From: a virus
DNA: 64,000 nt
Virus record (IMG/VR): IMGVR_UViG_3300044946_000078
Coordinates: 11,625-75,624 of that record
Direction: 5' to 3' (one strand)
In this document: one piece after another, positions 11,053 to 20,391 of the stretch
Layout of the letters: each line of letters starts with the position of its first letter
Position numbering within the stretch: the stretch's first letter is position 1
The notes under the pieces: model-generated
Told to the model about the DNA's origin: nothing
Database searches by the model: none
The model's input: the letters and a program-made list of their open reading frames with translations, nothing else
Translations under genes and position numbers: made by a program

Positions 11053-11916
11053 TTAAGATTTTTGAAGATTATTTAAATAAGCCTGGGCGCTATTAACGCC
11101 AGATTGAAATAGAGCTTCTTTTTGCGCATCCGTAATGCCAAAGTCTGTTGCACTGATTCCCAAGTCGTCTATTACAATAGTTCTTTTCATGATTTCAGGA
11201 TTGGTTATAATATATTCATCTTGTGCGGAAAGAACGCAATCCAATACAGCGGCAGTGAATTTTGGTAAATTGCCGGTTTCTATTGGATAGTCACTTTTAC
11301 CGTTAACATCATAAAGAAAAAGTCCCAAGGTTTCAGATGGGTCACAAAAGTAGTCAAAAACGGTAATTGGATAATTATACATAGTCCCTCCATCTACATC
11401 TAATGTTTGCGGTTGGTCATAGGGATAAGATACGGGTTCAAAAAAGAAAGGAATACCCATTGAACTACGAACCCCCAGCGGAACTGAAACATTCGGGAAA
11501 TTACCGGCATCTAGTATCCTTGGTGCTCTTTTCCTTAAATTGGTGGAAACTACCGTAAGACCTAAAAATCCTTTATTCTGAAGATGCCCAAATGTTATAT
11601 CGCCCCCTGTTTTATCACTTACCACTTTTTGTAGCCATTCCAAAGCAAATTCACCCTTATAAAGGGAATCTTTTGTAAGTTCTCGCAAAGGATTAAAACC
11701 ATCCTCGAAGCTCTTAAAATCCAATGTATTTACAATATCATATATTTCAGCAGCCGTATATTTTAAGGCAACTAACATAGCTACAATTGATCCGGCAGAG
11801 GTTCCAGCCGTTCTTTGGAGCCCTTTTACGATACCTGCTTCTTCCAAAACTTTCAAAGCTCCTGCGTATGCTATTCCGAGGACTCCGCCTCCTTTCATTA
11901 CTAAATTCTTAATCAC
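11053..11916 (-). CDS. patatin-like phospholipase
   Basis: GGGVLG oxyanion loop, GTSAG nucleophile elbow, DGG catalytic motif. Confidence 0.9.
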   Translation of the reverse strand: MIKNLVMKGGGVLGIAYAGALKVLEEAGIVKGLQRTAGTSAGSIVAMLVALKYTAAEIYDIVNTLDFKSFEDGFNPLRELTKDSLYKGEFALEWLQKVVSDKTGGDITFGHLQNKGFLGLTVVSTNLRKRAPRILDAGNFPNVSVPLGVRSSMGIPFFFEPVSYPYDQPQTLDVDGGTMYNYPITVFDYFCDPSETLGLFLYDVNGKSDYPIETGNLPKFTAAVLDCVLSAQDEYIITNPEIMKRTIVIDDLGISATDFGITDAQKEALFQSGVNSAQAYLNNLQKS

Positions 11917-11917
11917 A

Positions 11918-14900
11918 TTAATTTATTTGAGTAAATCTACAATAACTACCTGCCGAATATACCGTTGTAGTCCCGTTCCCATTTGCGGCAAATCCAACGG
12001 TGGCGCTCCCTGATCCTGTACAGGTAATAGTTCCTTGAATATTAACCATTCCTATTCCCAATAAGGCAATAAAGGATGCGCTTGTCGGTGACCCTATAGC
12101 TGCTTGAATATTTGTGAAAGTAGAAGAAGTTGTAGTCTCTCCAAAAGCCGTCACCTGCCCCGTAGCTGATCCTGAAGCTGCTATTACATTGACCGACGCA
12201 GCTCCTAATGCAGAAGAATTCCCTACCACTAAACGACAATCTACTGCGTAAGTGTGCCCACTTACCATATTAAAGCTAAAGATAGGCGACGAAGAAGTTG
12301 TTGCATTAGTCGCATTGGATGTTAATGCCTCTAAAGTGTCCAATTGAACCAATTTTGTTTTAACAACACCGGCTTCCACAACTAGCGCGCTATCTGAAGA
12401 AGGAGTGGTGGCTGATGGAAGCCCCCACAAAGTAGCCCCTGTTCTTATTAAAGCTGATCCATTAACATCTAATGTCTTTGATGGTGAATTAGTGTTTATC
12501 CCGATGCGGCCCGTGGTGCTTTGGGTGCTATCCCCTGTTAAATCGATTCCTGTACCATACAATACATTCCCAATTGTCAATGTATTTGAGCTATTATAAG
12601 TAGGCGGTTGAATGCTGTTCCCTATGATGATGTTTCCGTTGCCTGTATTCCAGGTATATCCTGCTCGATAACCTAAAGCAATATTTGTATTGCCATACAT
12701 TGAACTTCCTGATTGAGTACCGAACAGAGTTAGATTTGATCCTATCGAATTCAATCCACTTTGTTTCCCAAATTCAGCATTATTAACGCCACTTACTCCA
12801 AGTTCACCGGCCGCCTCACCAAAGTATGAATTTGAATTCCCTCCTACATTATTTAATCCAGTAGCCCACCCAAACATACTATTAGCTGTTGCTGAATTAT
12901 TGGATTGATAACCTGCATCATAACCAAACAAAAGGCTTGTAGATGAATTAGATCCTCGAATGGAAGCGGTAATAGATCCTGTCGTATCATATACCGTGAA
13001 TGCAGGTGTCCACTGATTGTAATTTGGATATGGATAAATGTTAACCATATTTGCCTGGAACTGACCATTTACATTTTCATCTCCACCATGCCTTACGCCC
13101 ATAAGCGCTAATGCTCCTTCTGCCCACACACGATGCCCTTGGTCGTTAGGGTGTACATTATATGTTGACGGAGAAAATAAATCATTTGCGGCTCCGTTCC
13201 AAAGCATATTTTGATAATTGTTGACGAATATGCAATTATTGGCTAAAGCTGTGGCTTGCAAAGCTGCGGCAAATAAGGGCTGCTCTGTTGTATTATAACT
13301 AGACGTATCAACCCAATACCCAACGGACATCAATACAATCCTATTAGTTGGCCATCCGTGCGCTATAGCGGTATCAATTCCGGCAACAATTGCGGACTGA
13401 TACTGCGCTGTGGTAATAGTCTTAGAAACAAGATCATTAGTGCCATATTCCAATATTAACCATTGGGTTGAACTTGTATGCCCTGGAATTATATAAGTTG
13501 AATTATTCAAAAGCCTATCGACTAAAGACGAATCACCGACAGACTGACGATATGCTGTTGTTCCTCCAATTCCCCTATTGACAACTGAACAGTTTAGGGC
13601 AGCACCCAATCTATTGGCATATCTAAACCACGTTTGTGATGCCCCAGTGCCGGCTGTAATACTATTCCCAACCACATAGATGGTATTGCTACCGGCTAAT
13701 TGAGCGCTTGTGTCGCCCGATTGAATAAATGTATTACTTCTTAATGTTCCCCTTACATCAGCCTTAAATCCAGAATCTGCCGATGCAGAAGTAAAGCCAT
13801 TTCCAAAAACTTCATTTCCTGTTAAACTGAATAATTGATTATAAGGCGTAAAGGTGGTCCCAATAAAAGACCCCTCGACCAATGAATTGGCAATAGAAGA
13901 AATAGAGCCTAAAAATCCACTCCCCGTACCGCCCAAGGAAGAATTAGACGCGCTCAAAACATCGGTAGCTAAATAATTGGCACCATTATTTGTAATGGTA
14001 ATAGAAGACACATCTGTCCCGGAAACTACGATTGTTGCCTGTGCGCCTGTCCCACTTCCTCCTGTCAAAGGAACGCTTGTATATGTCCCATTTACATATC
14101 CAGATCCGGCTGCGGAAATTGCTACCTTATTTATTGATCCGTATACATTATTATAAAGCCCGCTCACTTTTATATTTCCTGTGCTAATTTGTGCAGCTCC
14201 GAAAATGGTACCATTGATAACAGCCCGTGTCGATACTGTCAAAGTATCTGAAGTTATTTGTCCTTTAACTGCCAATGGAACAAATCCTGGCAATTTACCT
14301 ATGCCAATATTGTTACTTGTCGTATCTCCATTTAAAACAACATTCCCTAATGTTAAAGATTTGGCAGAATTCGCTAGATTATGTAAATAAAGTGTATCAT
14401 TATTTAAAATAAAAACGCCGCTTTCATTGGGAAAGGTATCTACCTGGGGAGCTGCTGCTGAAATAAGCGCCTTACTCAATCTAATAATTGATCCGTTGCT
14501 TCCTTTAATATTTATTCCTGAGCTATCGTACATTTCATTACCAGAAGCCGGTATTGGTGTTAAAGTAGATTGTGGCAAGAACATATACGCCCCTCTGGTA
14601 AGCACATTACCATTTACGTCTAGTATCTGCTGTGGGTTGTATGTTCCTATGCCATTATTAATTCCGGGTTGCGTTATCAATCCAATGGCACTATCTCCTC
14701 CAAAAGATCGTAGTAATAAAGATGCATTTACCAATTTACCAGACCCAGACACCCTTGATGCACCTGCCACAAATTGGGCTTCAGTGACTATAAAATCTTG
14801 ATTAGTCCCGACATTATAGGTTGCCCCACTGTCGCTGGCGTATATCCCTGCATTATTTGCATTGGTTATGTTTGCATTGGTGTTCCCAATTTGTAAAGGG

Positions 14901-17719
14901 CCATTGGGAGCAGCGCCAGTACCAATAGCCAAACCATTTCCATTTGTCCCATTTACTGCTGTAAATCTACCAACTTCAGAAGTAAAATGAACTTGTGTCC
15001 CAGCTGATATTTCATGCCCAGCATTTATAATCACACTTCCAGAAGTTCCAGAACCTGTCGCTAATCCAGGATTGATGATTAAGTTTGATCCTGAAATATT
15101 AGACCCCAGCGCTATACTCGGGCTTACAGTAAAAGAGTGTGGCTGTGTGGCCTCAAATCCAGAACCACCATACAGGTTGGCAACATAATTTGTACTATCG
15201 CCTCCGACAACCATCGCGTGACCCAACGTTATTGTCGCATTATCGGATTGATCTCCACTTTGAGCGCCTAGAAAAATATTGTTTGTTGAAGTATTATTTA
15301 ATCCCGCCAACGGACCTATAGCAATAGATTTTGTAAAATTTGCATTTTCAGCGGCGGTTGATCCTATTATCACATCATAATTGCCGGATACAAGTTCATA
15401 TCCTGCAAAAGCTCCTACAACAGTATTGTTGCCGCCACTGGTTATATTTGCCAAAGAATTTGGACCCAACGTCACATCATAATCAGCAGTGGTATTTACA
15501 GAACCAGAACCTCCGCCAACAAAAAGATTAAATGAAGGCCCCGATCCTCTAATTTGCAACACGGAAGTTGATGACGTGTCATTAATATTAAGATAGGACG
15601 GATTACCTCCGTATACATTTCGGTTTCCCCATAATGTCAATGTATTTCCTTCCAGGCCGGCTCTAGCTGTCAAAAAGCCACCATGTTTATCCGGCAGCGT
15701 AACTAAAAATGCCTCTGATTGAATCGTTTGCCCCCATGCGTTCTTATGAATATTATCATAAAATAGATCATTGTACCCATTGGCCAGTTCCGCCGAATCG
15801 ATATTTATGTAATAGCACCCTTTGGCTAATGCAATTGTCTGGATAGCAGCTGACCAAATAGGTGGATTTGCCGATGATGCGTCCCGTCTTATTGGAACAC
15901 CAGCGCATATTATTTTATTATACGGATATCCTCTATCTAAATGAAGAGAATCCATATAGGAAGAATAAGTAGCCTGAAACGTACTTAAACTCACTCCTGC
16001 ACCCGGATCATTTTGGCCATAAAATATAACGATGTATCTATAATTCGTACTGTAATTGGGGACTTCATAAAACCTATTGACGAAAGATGAATCTCCCGCA
16101 CTGACCATGCAAAAGGTAGTACCAGGAATCCCCCTATTTACCTCGCGGGAATTTATGGCATTGGCTGTTTTAGAAGAGACGCCATCCGTGCGTGACGTAA
16201 CGCCTACCCATGCCACCTGACTATCTCCCCACCACCACATTGAGTCGCTACCTAGTTGTGGAATTGTATCTCCCACCATTGTCCAATTTAAAGGATAATC
16301 ACTTTGATCAAATATCGGCAACGAGGAAGTATTTCCCCTAGTGAGAACACCTTGCAAATTACCAGCCGCACTGCTTGTATCAAATTGATATTGCGTTACA
16401 TAGTCAATAGGTTTGGACGGAAGGCTATCTCCGTGCAGCATTAATGAATCACCGCCGCCAGGCACTTTTAATTCTGGTAAATAAATTATTCCATTAGCCA
16501 AAGATGTAGCAGCGGGATTTGCTTCTAAATAAAAGTTATATCCTAATTGATTTGATAATTGAATGCTTCCTGAATTTATGACTGAATATGAAAAATTTGA
16601 ATTGCCCCCCTCGACAGAAATTCCCGATGGAATAACTTGTACATATGGATTCTGATTTGATTCAGAACCAATTGTTAGAGTGGGATGTCTTACGCCAGTA
16701 TGTATTAAGTCAGTAAATATGAAATTGGTATCATTTGCTAAATATTTCCCAGCGCTATCATAAGGAACTCCATTTGGGTATAGAAGGTCATTGCCAAGGA
16801 AATTTGATCTTAGGGTATAGGATGAAGTCCCGTCGTAATTTAATAGTTGTACAAGCGACGCCGTATCGTTCCTATACGGATTTCTTATCTGAATGGTATC
16901 GAAAATGGATCGCCCACCAGCAACTTGAAATAAAGCCTGTGGAGATGGCGTTCCTATTCCTACGCTATCATTTCCTCCTGTAACTGGATTGGAAGTTGGG
17001 GGGGTATATTGGGGGGAAAGATAGTTTGCATTCGCTCCCGATCCTCTAACAAATGAAACTGCCCCTGTAGAAGCAAAAGTGATATTAGGGTATGTCCCCG
17101 ATAATGAAATATTTGCTCCGGCAATAGGATTGAATTGTGCCGGTATTGTTGGTTGATTGGTTAGATTGTTATAGTTGAGATAATCGGCCGGTGTCAGTCC
17201 ATTGAATTTATTTACTGTTACGTTATTGATAGGTCCTGAAATATCACCACCTAAAGTAAGCGCCAATGAAAGATTGGGCGTAGTTGTGGGACTTGTTATT
17301 GTCCAAACTTGACCGGCATTATTTGTCGCTGTGATGTTGCTTACTGTACCGGTAGAAGTTACTGGGTCTATATTTATTAAAACAAGATTCGAGTCAGCTA
17401 CACCATTACGGAACATGTATTCAAAGGCTTGGCCGCCTATAAAAAATCCATTTGATTGGAGGGAGCCAGTATTGACCCAATACGGAACATTACCAACCCT
17501 TGTTTGCGCAACGGGAAAATAGGTTAGAAGTTCAGTAGTAGATTGAAATTGACGGTATACTCCTCGACTTGCATCCCACATATAAGTCCTCATATCAGAA
17601 GGGAATGCTCCTTGGGGGGCCATTGGCTTGTTGAAAGTTTGGCCGATAGTGGGGTTGTATTGGGCCTTAGATTCTCCAACAATAAAAACAAGAAATATGA
17701 ATATTATAATTTTCTTCAT
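11918..17719 (-). CDS. tail spike/fibre (1933 aa) with two SGNH/GDSL esterase domains
   Basis: G/S/T/N-rich beta repeats; IGTxxP..LDVNG tail-fibre motifs; two sets of GDS/GNS, NRGIxGTT, GxND and H blocks. Confidence 0.75.
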   Translation of the reverse strand: MKKIIIFIFLVFIVGESKAQYNPTIGQTFNKPMAPQGAFPSDMRTYMWDASRGVYRQFQSTTELLTYFPVAQTRVGNVPYWVNTGSLQSNGFFIGGQAFEYMFRNGVADSNLVLINIDPVTSTGTVSNITATNNAGQVWTITSPTTTPNLSLALTLGGDISGPINNVTVNKFNGLTPADYLNYNNLTNQPTIPAQFNPIAGANISLSGTYPNITFASTGAVSFVRGSGANANYLSPQYTPPTSNPVTGGNDSVGIGTPSPQALFQVAGGRSIFDTIQIRNPYRNDTASLVQLLNYDGTSSYTLRSNFLGNDLLYPNGVPYDSAGKYLANDTNFIFTDLIHTGVRHPTLTIGSESNQNPYVQVIPSGISVEGGNSNFSYSVINSGSIQLSNQLGYNFYLEANPAATSLANGIIYLPELKVPGGGDSLMLHGDSLPSKPIDYVTQYQFDTSSAAGNLQGVLTRGNTSSLPIFDQSDYPLNWTMVGDTIPQLGSDSMWWWGDSQVAWVGVTSRTDGVSSKTANAINSREVNRGIPGTTFCMVSAGDSSFVNRFYEVPNYSTNYRYIVIFYGQNDPGAGVSLSTFQATYSSYMDSLHLDRGYPYNKIICAGVPIRRDASSANPPIWSAAIQTIALAKGCYYINIDSAELANGYNDLFYDNIHKNAWGQTIQSEAFLVTLPDKHGGFLTARAGLEGNTLTLWGNRNVYGGNPSYLNINDTSSTSVLQIRGSGPSFNLFVGGGSGSVNTTADYDVTLGPNSLANITSGGNNTVVGAFAGYELVSGNYDVIIGSTAAENANFTKSIAIGPLAGLNNTSTNNIFLGAQSGDQSDNATITLGHAMVVGGDSTNYVANLYGGSGFEATQPHSFTVSPSIALGSNISGSNLIINPGLATGSGTSGSVIINAGHEISAGTQVHFTSEVGRFTAVNGTNGNGLAIGTGAAPNGPLQIGNTNANITNANNAGIYASDSGATYNVGTNQDFIVTEAQFVAGASRVSGSGKLVNASLLLRSFGGDSAIGLITQPGINNGIGTYNPQQILDVNGNVLTRGAYMFLPQSTLTPIPASGNEMYDSSGINIKGSNGSIIRLSKALISAAAPQVDTFPNESGVFILNNDTLYLHNLANSAKSLTLGNVVLNGDTTSNNIGIGKLPGFVPLAVKGQITSDTLTVSTRAVINGTIFGAAQISTGNIKVSGLYNNVYGSINKVAISAAGSGYVNGTYTSVPLTGGSGTGAQATIVVSGTDVSSITITNNGANYLATDVLSASNSSLGGTGSGFLGSISSIANSLVEGSFIGTTFTPYNQLFSLTGNEVFGNGFTSASADSGFKADVRGTLRSNTFIQSGDTSAQLAGSNTIYVVGNSITAGTGASQTWFRYANRLGAALNCSVVNRGIGGTTAYRQSVGDSSLVDRLLNNSTYIIPGHTSSTQWLILEYGTNDLVSKTITTAQYQSAIVAGIDTAIAHGWPTNRIVLMSVGYWVDTSSYNTTEQPLFAAALQATALANNCIFVNNYQNMLWNGAANDLFSPSTYNVHPNDQGHRVWAEGALALMGVRHGGDENVNGQFQANMVNIYPYPNYNQWTPAFTVYDTTGSITASIRGSNSSTSLLFGYDAGYQSNNSATANSMFGWATGLNNVGGNSNSYFGEAAGELGVSGVNNAEFGKQSGLNSIGSNLTLFGTQSGSSMYGNTNIALGYRAGYTWNTGNGNIIIGNSIQPPTYNSSNTLTIGNVLYGTGIDLTGDSTQSTTGRIGINTNSPSKTLDVNGSALIRTGATLWGLPSATTPSSDSALVVEAGVVKTKLVQLDTLEALTSNATNATTSSSPIFSFNMVSGHTYAVDCRLVVGNSSALGAASVNVIAASGSATGQVTAFGETTTSSTFTNIQAAIGSPTSASFIALLGIGMVNIQGTITCTGSGSATVGFAANGNGTTTVYSAGSYCRFTQIN

Positions 17720-18586
17720 CTATGATAGAGTTAAATCTGAAGAGGTATCAAAGGATTGTAAATTTCTGGTATAATAGTAGGTATTGCCCCCAAACTGCAC
17801 ATAAGGAGCAAATACGGTGTCACCAATCGTACCTGAATTGAACTGATCATTTACCCATGTTGTCTTTATTGATTCCGTTGATGGTACCCTTATAATGGAA
17901 TATTGGAATGGACTAGATCCTGACGGAAGGGGGACTACAAGTGGCTGATTATGGGTTATATTGAATTCTTCTTCGTAGGTAAACGTATCTTGGTTAGTCG
18001 TTAATAACGGCCCCGGATTGGTAGTTGTATAACAATAATTCCCGGTTATTGTTTGGGTAACCGTCAATGTAGCCGAAGAAGACCCTACCGAACCAGCCGA
18101 ATTATTAGCAGTTACAGAGAAAACCGATCCGCTGTCTGTTAATTGAGCATTTGAAAGCGTATATGAAATCCCGGTCGCTCCTGGTATAGCTACTCCATTT
18201 CTATACCACTGATAAGTTATGGGAGTTGTCCCTCCTGTTATTGAAATCGAGAATGTAGCAGCACTTCCTACCGTAACTGACTGATTATTGGGTCCAGTAA
18301 ATACTGGTAAGGTTGCGGATAAGCTATTCTGTATATTTTGTGCCTTTAATTGAAAAAATCCAATTAGCGACAAAAGAAATTGTCCAGTAGTTATCAAATT
18401 AGGATCATTGGGGTTCACCGAATATTGATATGCAACCGAATTGGTTACGATATATAGTCGCCTAGCGTATTTTGCGTTTAAAGAACCATTGATAAATGCC
18501 CCGTCCAATTCCTGCTGATCTTGCCGAAGGAATTGGGCTATTTGACCCCATTGGATCCAAAGTGGTATAGGAAGAAATATACTCAC
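17720..18586 (-). CDS. virion protein with Ig-like (I-set) domain
   Basis: QSVTVGSAATFSI...TYQWYRNGVAIPGAT..SYTLSNAQLTDSG...ANNSAGSV.S..ATLTV. Confidence 0.8.
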   Translation of the reverse strand: MSIFLPIPLWIQWGQIAQFLRQDQQELDGAFINGSLNAKYARRLYIVTNSVAYQYSVNPNDPNLITTGQFLLSLIGFFQLKAQNIQNSLSATLPVFTGPNNQSVTVGSAATFSISITGGTTPITYQWYRNGVAIPGATGISYTLSNAQLTDSGSVFSVTANNSAGSVGSSSATLTVTQTITGNYCYTTTNPGPLLTTNQDTFTYEEEFNITHNQPLVVPLPSGSSPFQYSIIRVPSTESIKTTWVNDQFNSGTIGDTVFAPYVQFGGNTYYYTRNLQSFDTSSDLTLS

Positions 18587-19119
18587 GCAAAGAAAAGTTG
18601 CTGATTAATTATGTAAAATTGAATCCTATTAAGGGCATTTTGAGCCGACGTCTGTTGATTGAATGTTTGGGCATTTTCGGCGCTATCTAAATTCGTTTGT
18701 ACATTTCCAAGGCTTCCCATAAAATTATAACTATCCAAATATGCTGGATTGGCAGCAAGTTCTTGCACCATTTGATTGATGAAAGAATTTGAATTGCCCG
18801 TGAAAGTATACAATTGATATTTAGTATATGTGCTCCCGCTAATGGGGTCACTAGAAATCCAAGAAACTAAAATATCGAGGCTGTAATCTTGCGTGAGAAG
18901 TCCTGTAATTTGCAGGACATCACCTATTCCTTCTGAGATAGGCCAATTTATGTAAGGCGTCGTAGCATCGGGATAATTGAGTGTCGCAGATGTAGAGGTA
19001 TACAGAAATACTTGACGTCCCGTCAAATTAGTGTCTGCTCCAACACTAGTATCGGTTATGCTAAAAGAGGTTGGATCGGTGAGATCCGGCGTCACTGAGA
19101 AATTTCCAGAAAAAGACAT
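18583..19119 (-). CDS. putative tail hub/fibre-attachment protein
   Basis: 178 aa with beta-rich N-terminus and helical C-terminus; first gene of the tail-fibre block. Confidence 0.45.
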   Translation of the reverse strand: MSFSGNFSVTPDLTDPTSFSITDTSVGADTNLTGRQVFLYTSTSATLNYPDATTPYINWPISEGIGDVLQITGLLTQDYSLDILVSWISSDPISGSTYTKYQLYTFTGNSNSFINQMVQELAANPAYLDSYNFMGSLGNVQTNLDSAENAQTFNQQTSAQNALNRIQFYIINQQLFFA

Positions 19120-19179
19120 AATTTAATGGGTTACACTAAAGTACACAAATTTTGTTAATCGGTAGTTATTTCTATTGAT

Positions 19180-20391
19180 TTAAGCTAAATTTTGATCAGT
19201 GTTATTTTCTCGATAGGCTATTTTATTCATTATATCCAAAAGGCCCTTATCATCGAAGTTTGAAAAAACACGCTTGCCAGTAAAAGAATTCTTTATATCC
19301 GGGTCAGCTTTTATCTTTTGCAATAATTCTGGCGTTAAATCTTGGGTTCTTGCATCGTAGATCCCCTTTTTATGAGCCATATATCTTAACGCTTGTATGT
19401 CGCTCATGTTTTCGCTAGGGGCTATGTCATGCGTCGCGGCATTATGAGCTAGTTCGTCAGAAATAGATTGTCCTTGTTTTTCTGCGTATTGGGGCCAATA
19501 TTTTTTGTCATCGCTCGTTGGCTGCGTTTCGCGTTGGAAAATATAGTCTTGCTCTACTGGGTTAAGCTGTGTTGATTTGTATTCACCTGAATTTTGACCA
19601 TGGGCTAGTTCGTGAACATCCGACTCCCCTCGTCCAGCCTTCAGCTCTTTGAGTTGATCTGGATTGACATTCATGCTATTGTCGGCGGAATCATAAACCG
19701 TTGCGCCATTTCTGACCACTTGGCCGTCTACGAGTTTCGTCCCCGATGTTTCGGAGAACTTGACATCTTTCAGTTGATTATCCCTAGTTTGTTGTACATA
19801 CGCTGGATCTTTCCAGAAGTTATTGAGTCTTTCCTTATATTTTGGCGATTCTATGTACGACTGTAGCCATTCTTGGGCATCTTTGTCCGTTGGATTAATT
19901 GCCGCTCCCGGTTTCTCTACCGGTTCTGCTGTGGGCTTATCGGGAGGGGTCAGATAATTTTTGGCATAGCTTTCAATATCTGTTCCATGGTCTTGTATTT
20001 GTCTTCCTTTTGAATCTATTATCTTAGCTGTAGGGTAGAACAGGCTTGCCGTTTTTGAGTCAATCACCCCATTAACTTCAGGTAATGGCTGCTTCATGAA
20101 AGCCGGATTCAATTTATTTCTAAGCGCCGACAATTGATCAGATGATAGGTCGCCAATTAAATCCCCATTTCTTATATTATCATGGTCTTGTTGAACGGAC
20201 GCAACATGATCAGGCGTTAGTTTAAAATCTGGATTTTGATTGGCATAATGAGCCATATAAGCATGGCCTAGTTCTGGATCAGCATCCAGATTGGCCTTTT
20301 GACTCCCCAAATAGGAAAGAAACCCATTCCATTGGCCTCTCTCATCTGGCGTAAGTGGCTTATAGTATCCTATTTTATTATCAGTCGGCAT
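19180..20391 (-). CDS. putative ejected/cargo protein with zincin (HExxH) motif
   Basis: VHELAH at 19600-19614 with downstream PSE..SDI..LR; follows the giant ejection protein. Confidence 0.55.
   Translation of the reverse strand: MPTDNKIGYYKPLTPDERGQWNGFLSYLGSQKANLDADPELGHAYMAHYANQNPDFKLTPDHVASVQQDHDNIRNGDLIGDLSSDQLSALRNKLNPAFMKQPLPEVNGVIDSKTASLFYPTAKIIDSKGRQIQDHGTDIESYAKNYLTPPDKPTAEPVEKPGAAINPTDKDAQEWLQSYIESPKYKERLNNFWKDPAYVQQTRDNQLKDVKFSETSGTKLVDGQVVRNGATVYDSADNSMNVNPDQLKELKAGRGESDVHELAHGQNSGEYKSTQLNPVEQDYIFQRETQPTSDDKKYWPQYAEKQGQSISDELAHNAATHDIAPSENMSDIQALRYMAHKKGIYDARTQDLTPELLQKIKADPDIKNSFTGKRVFSNFDDKGLLDIMNKIAYRENNTDQNLA

Noticed and set aside
11918-17719. Tail spike as a DGR target
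   Set aside because: No TR-like sequence seen on either strand by eye, and the GSGS motifs there use unrelated codons. A BLASTn with the TR would confirm.
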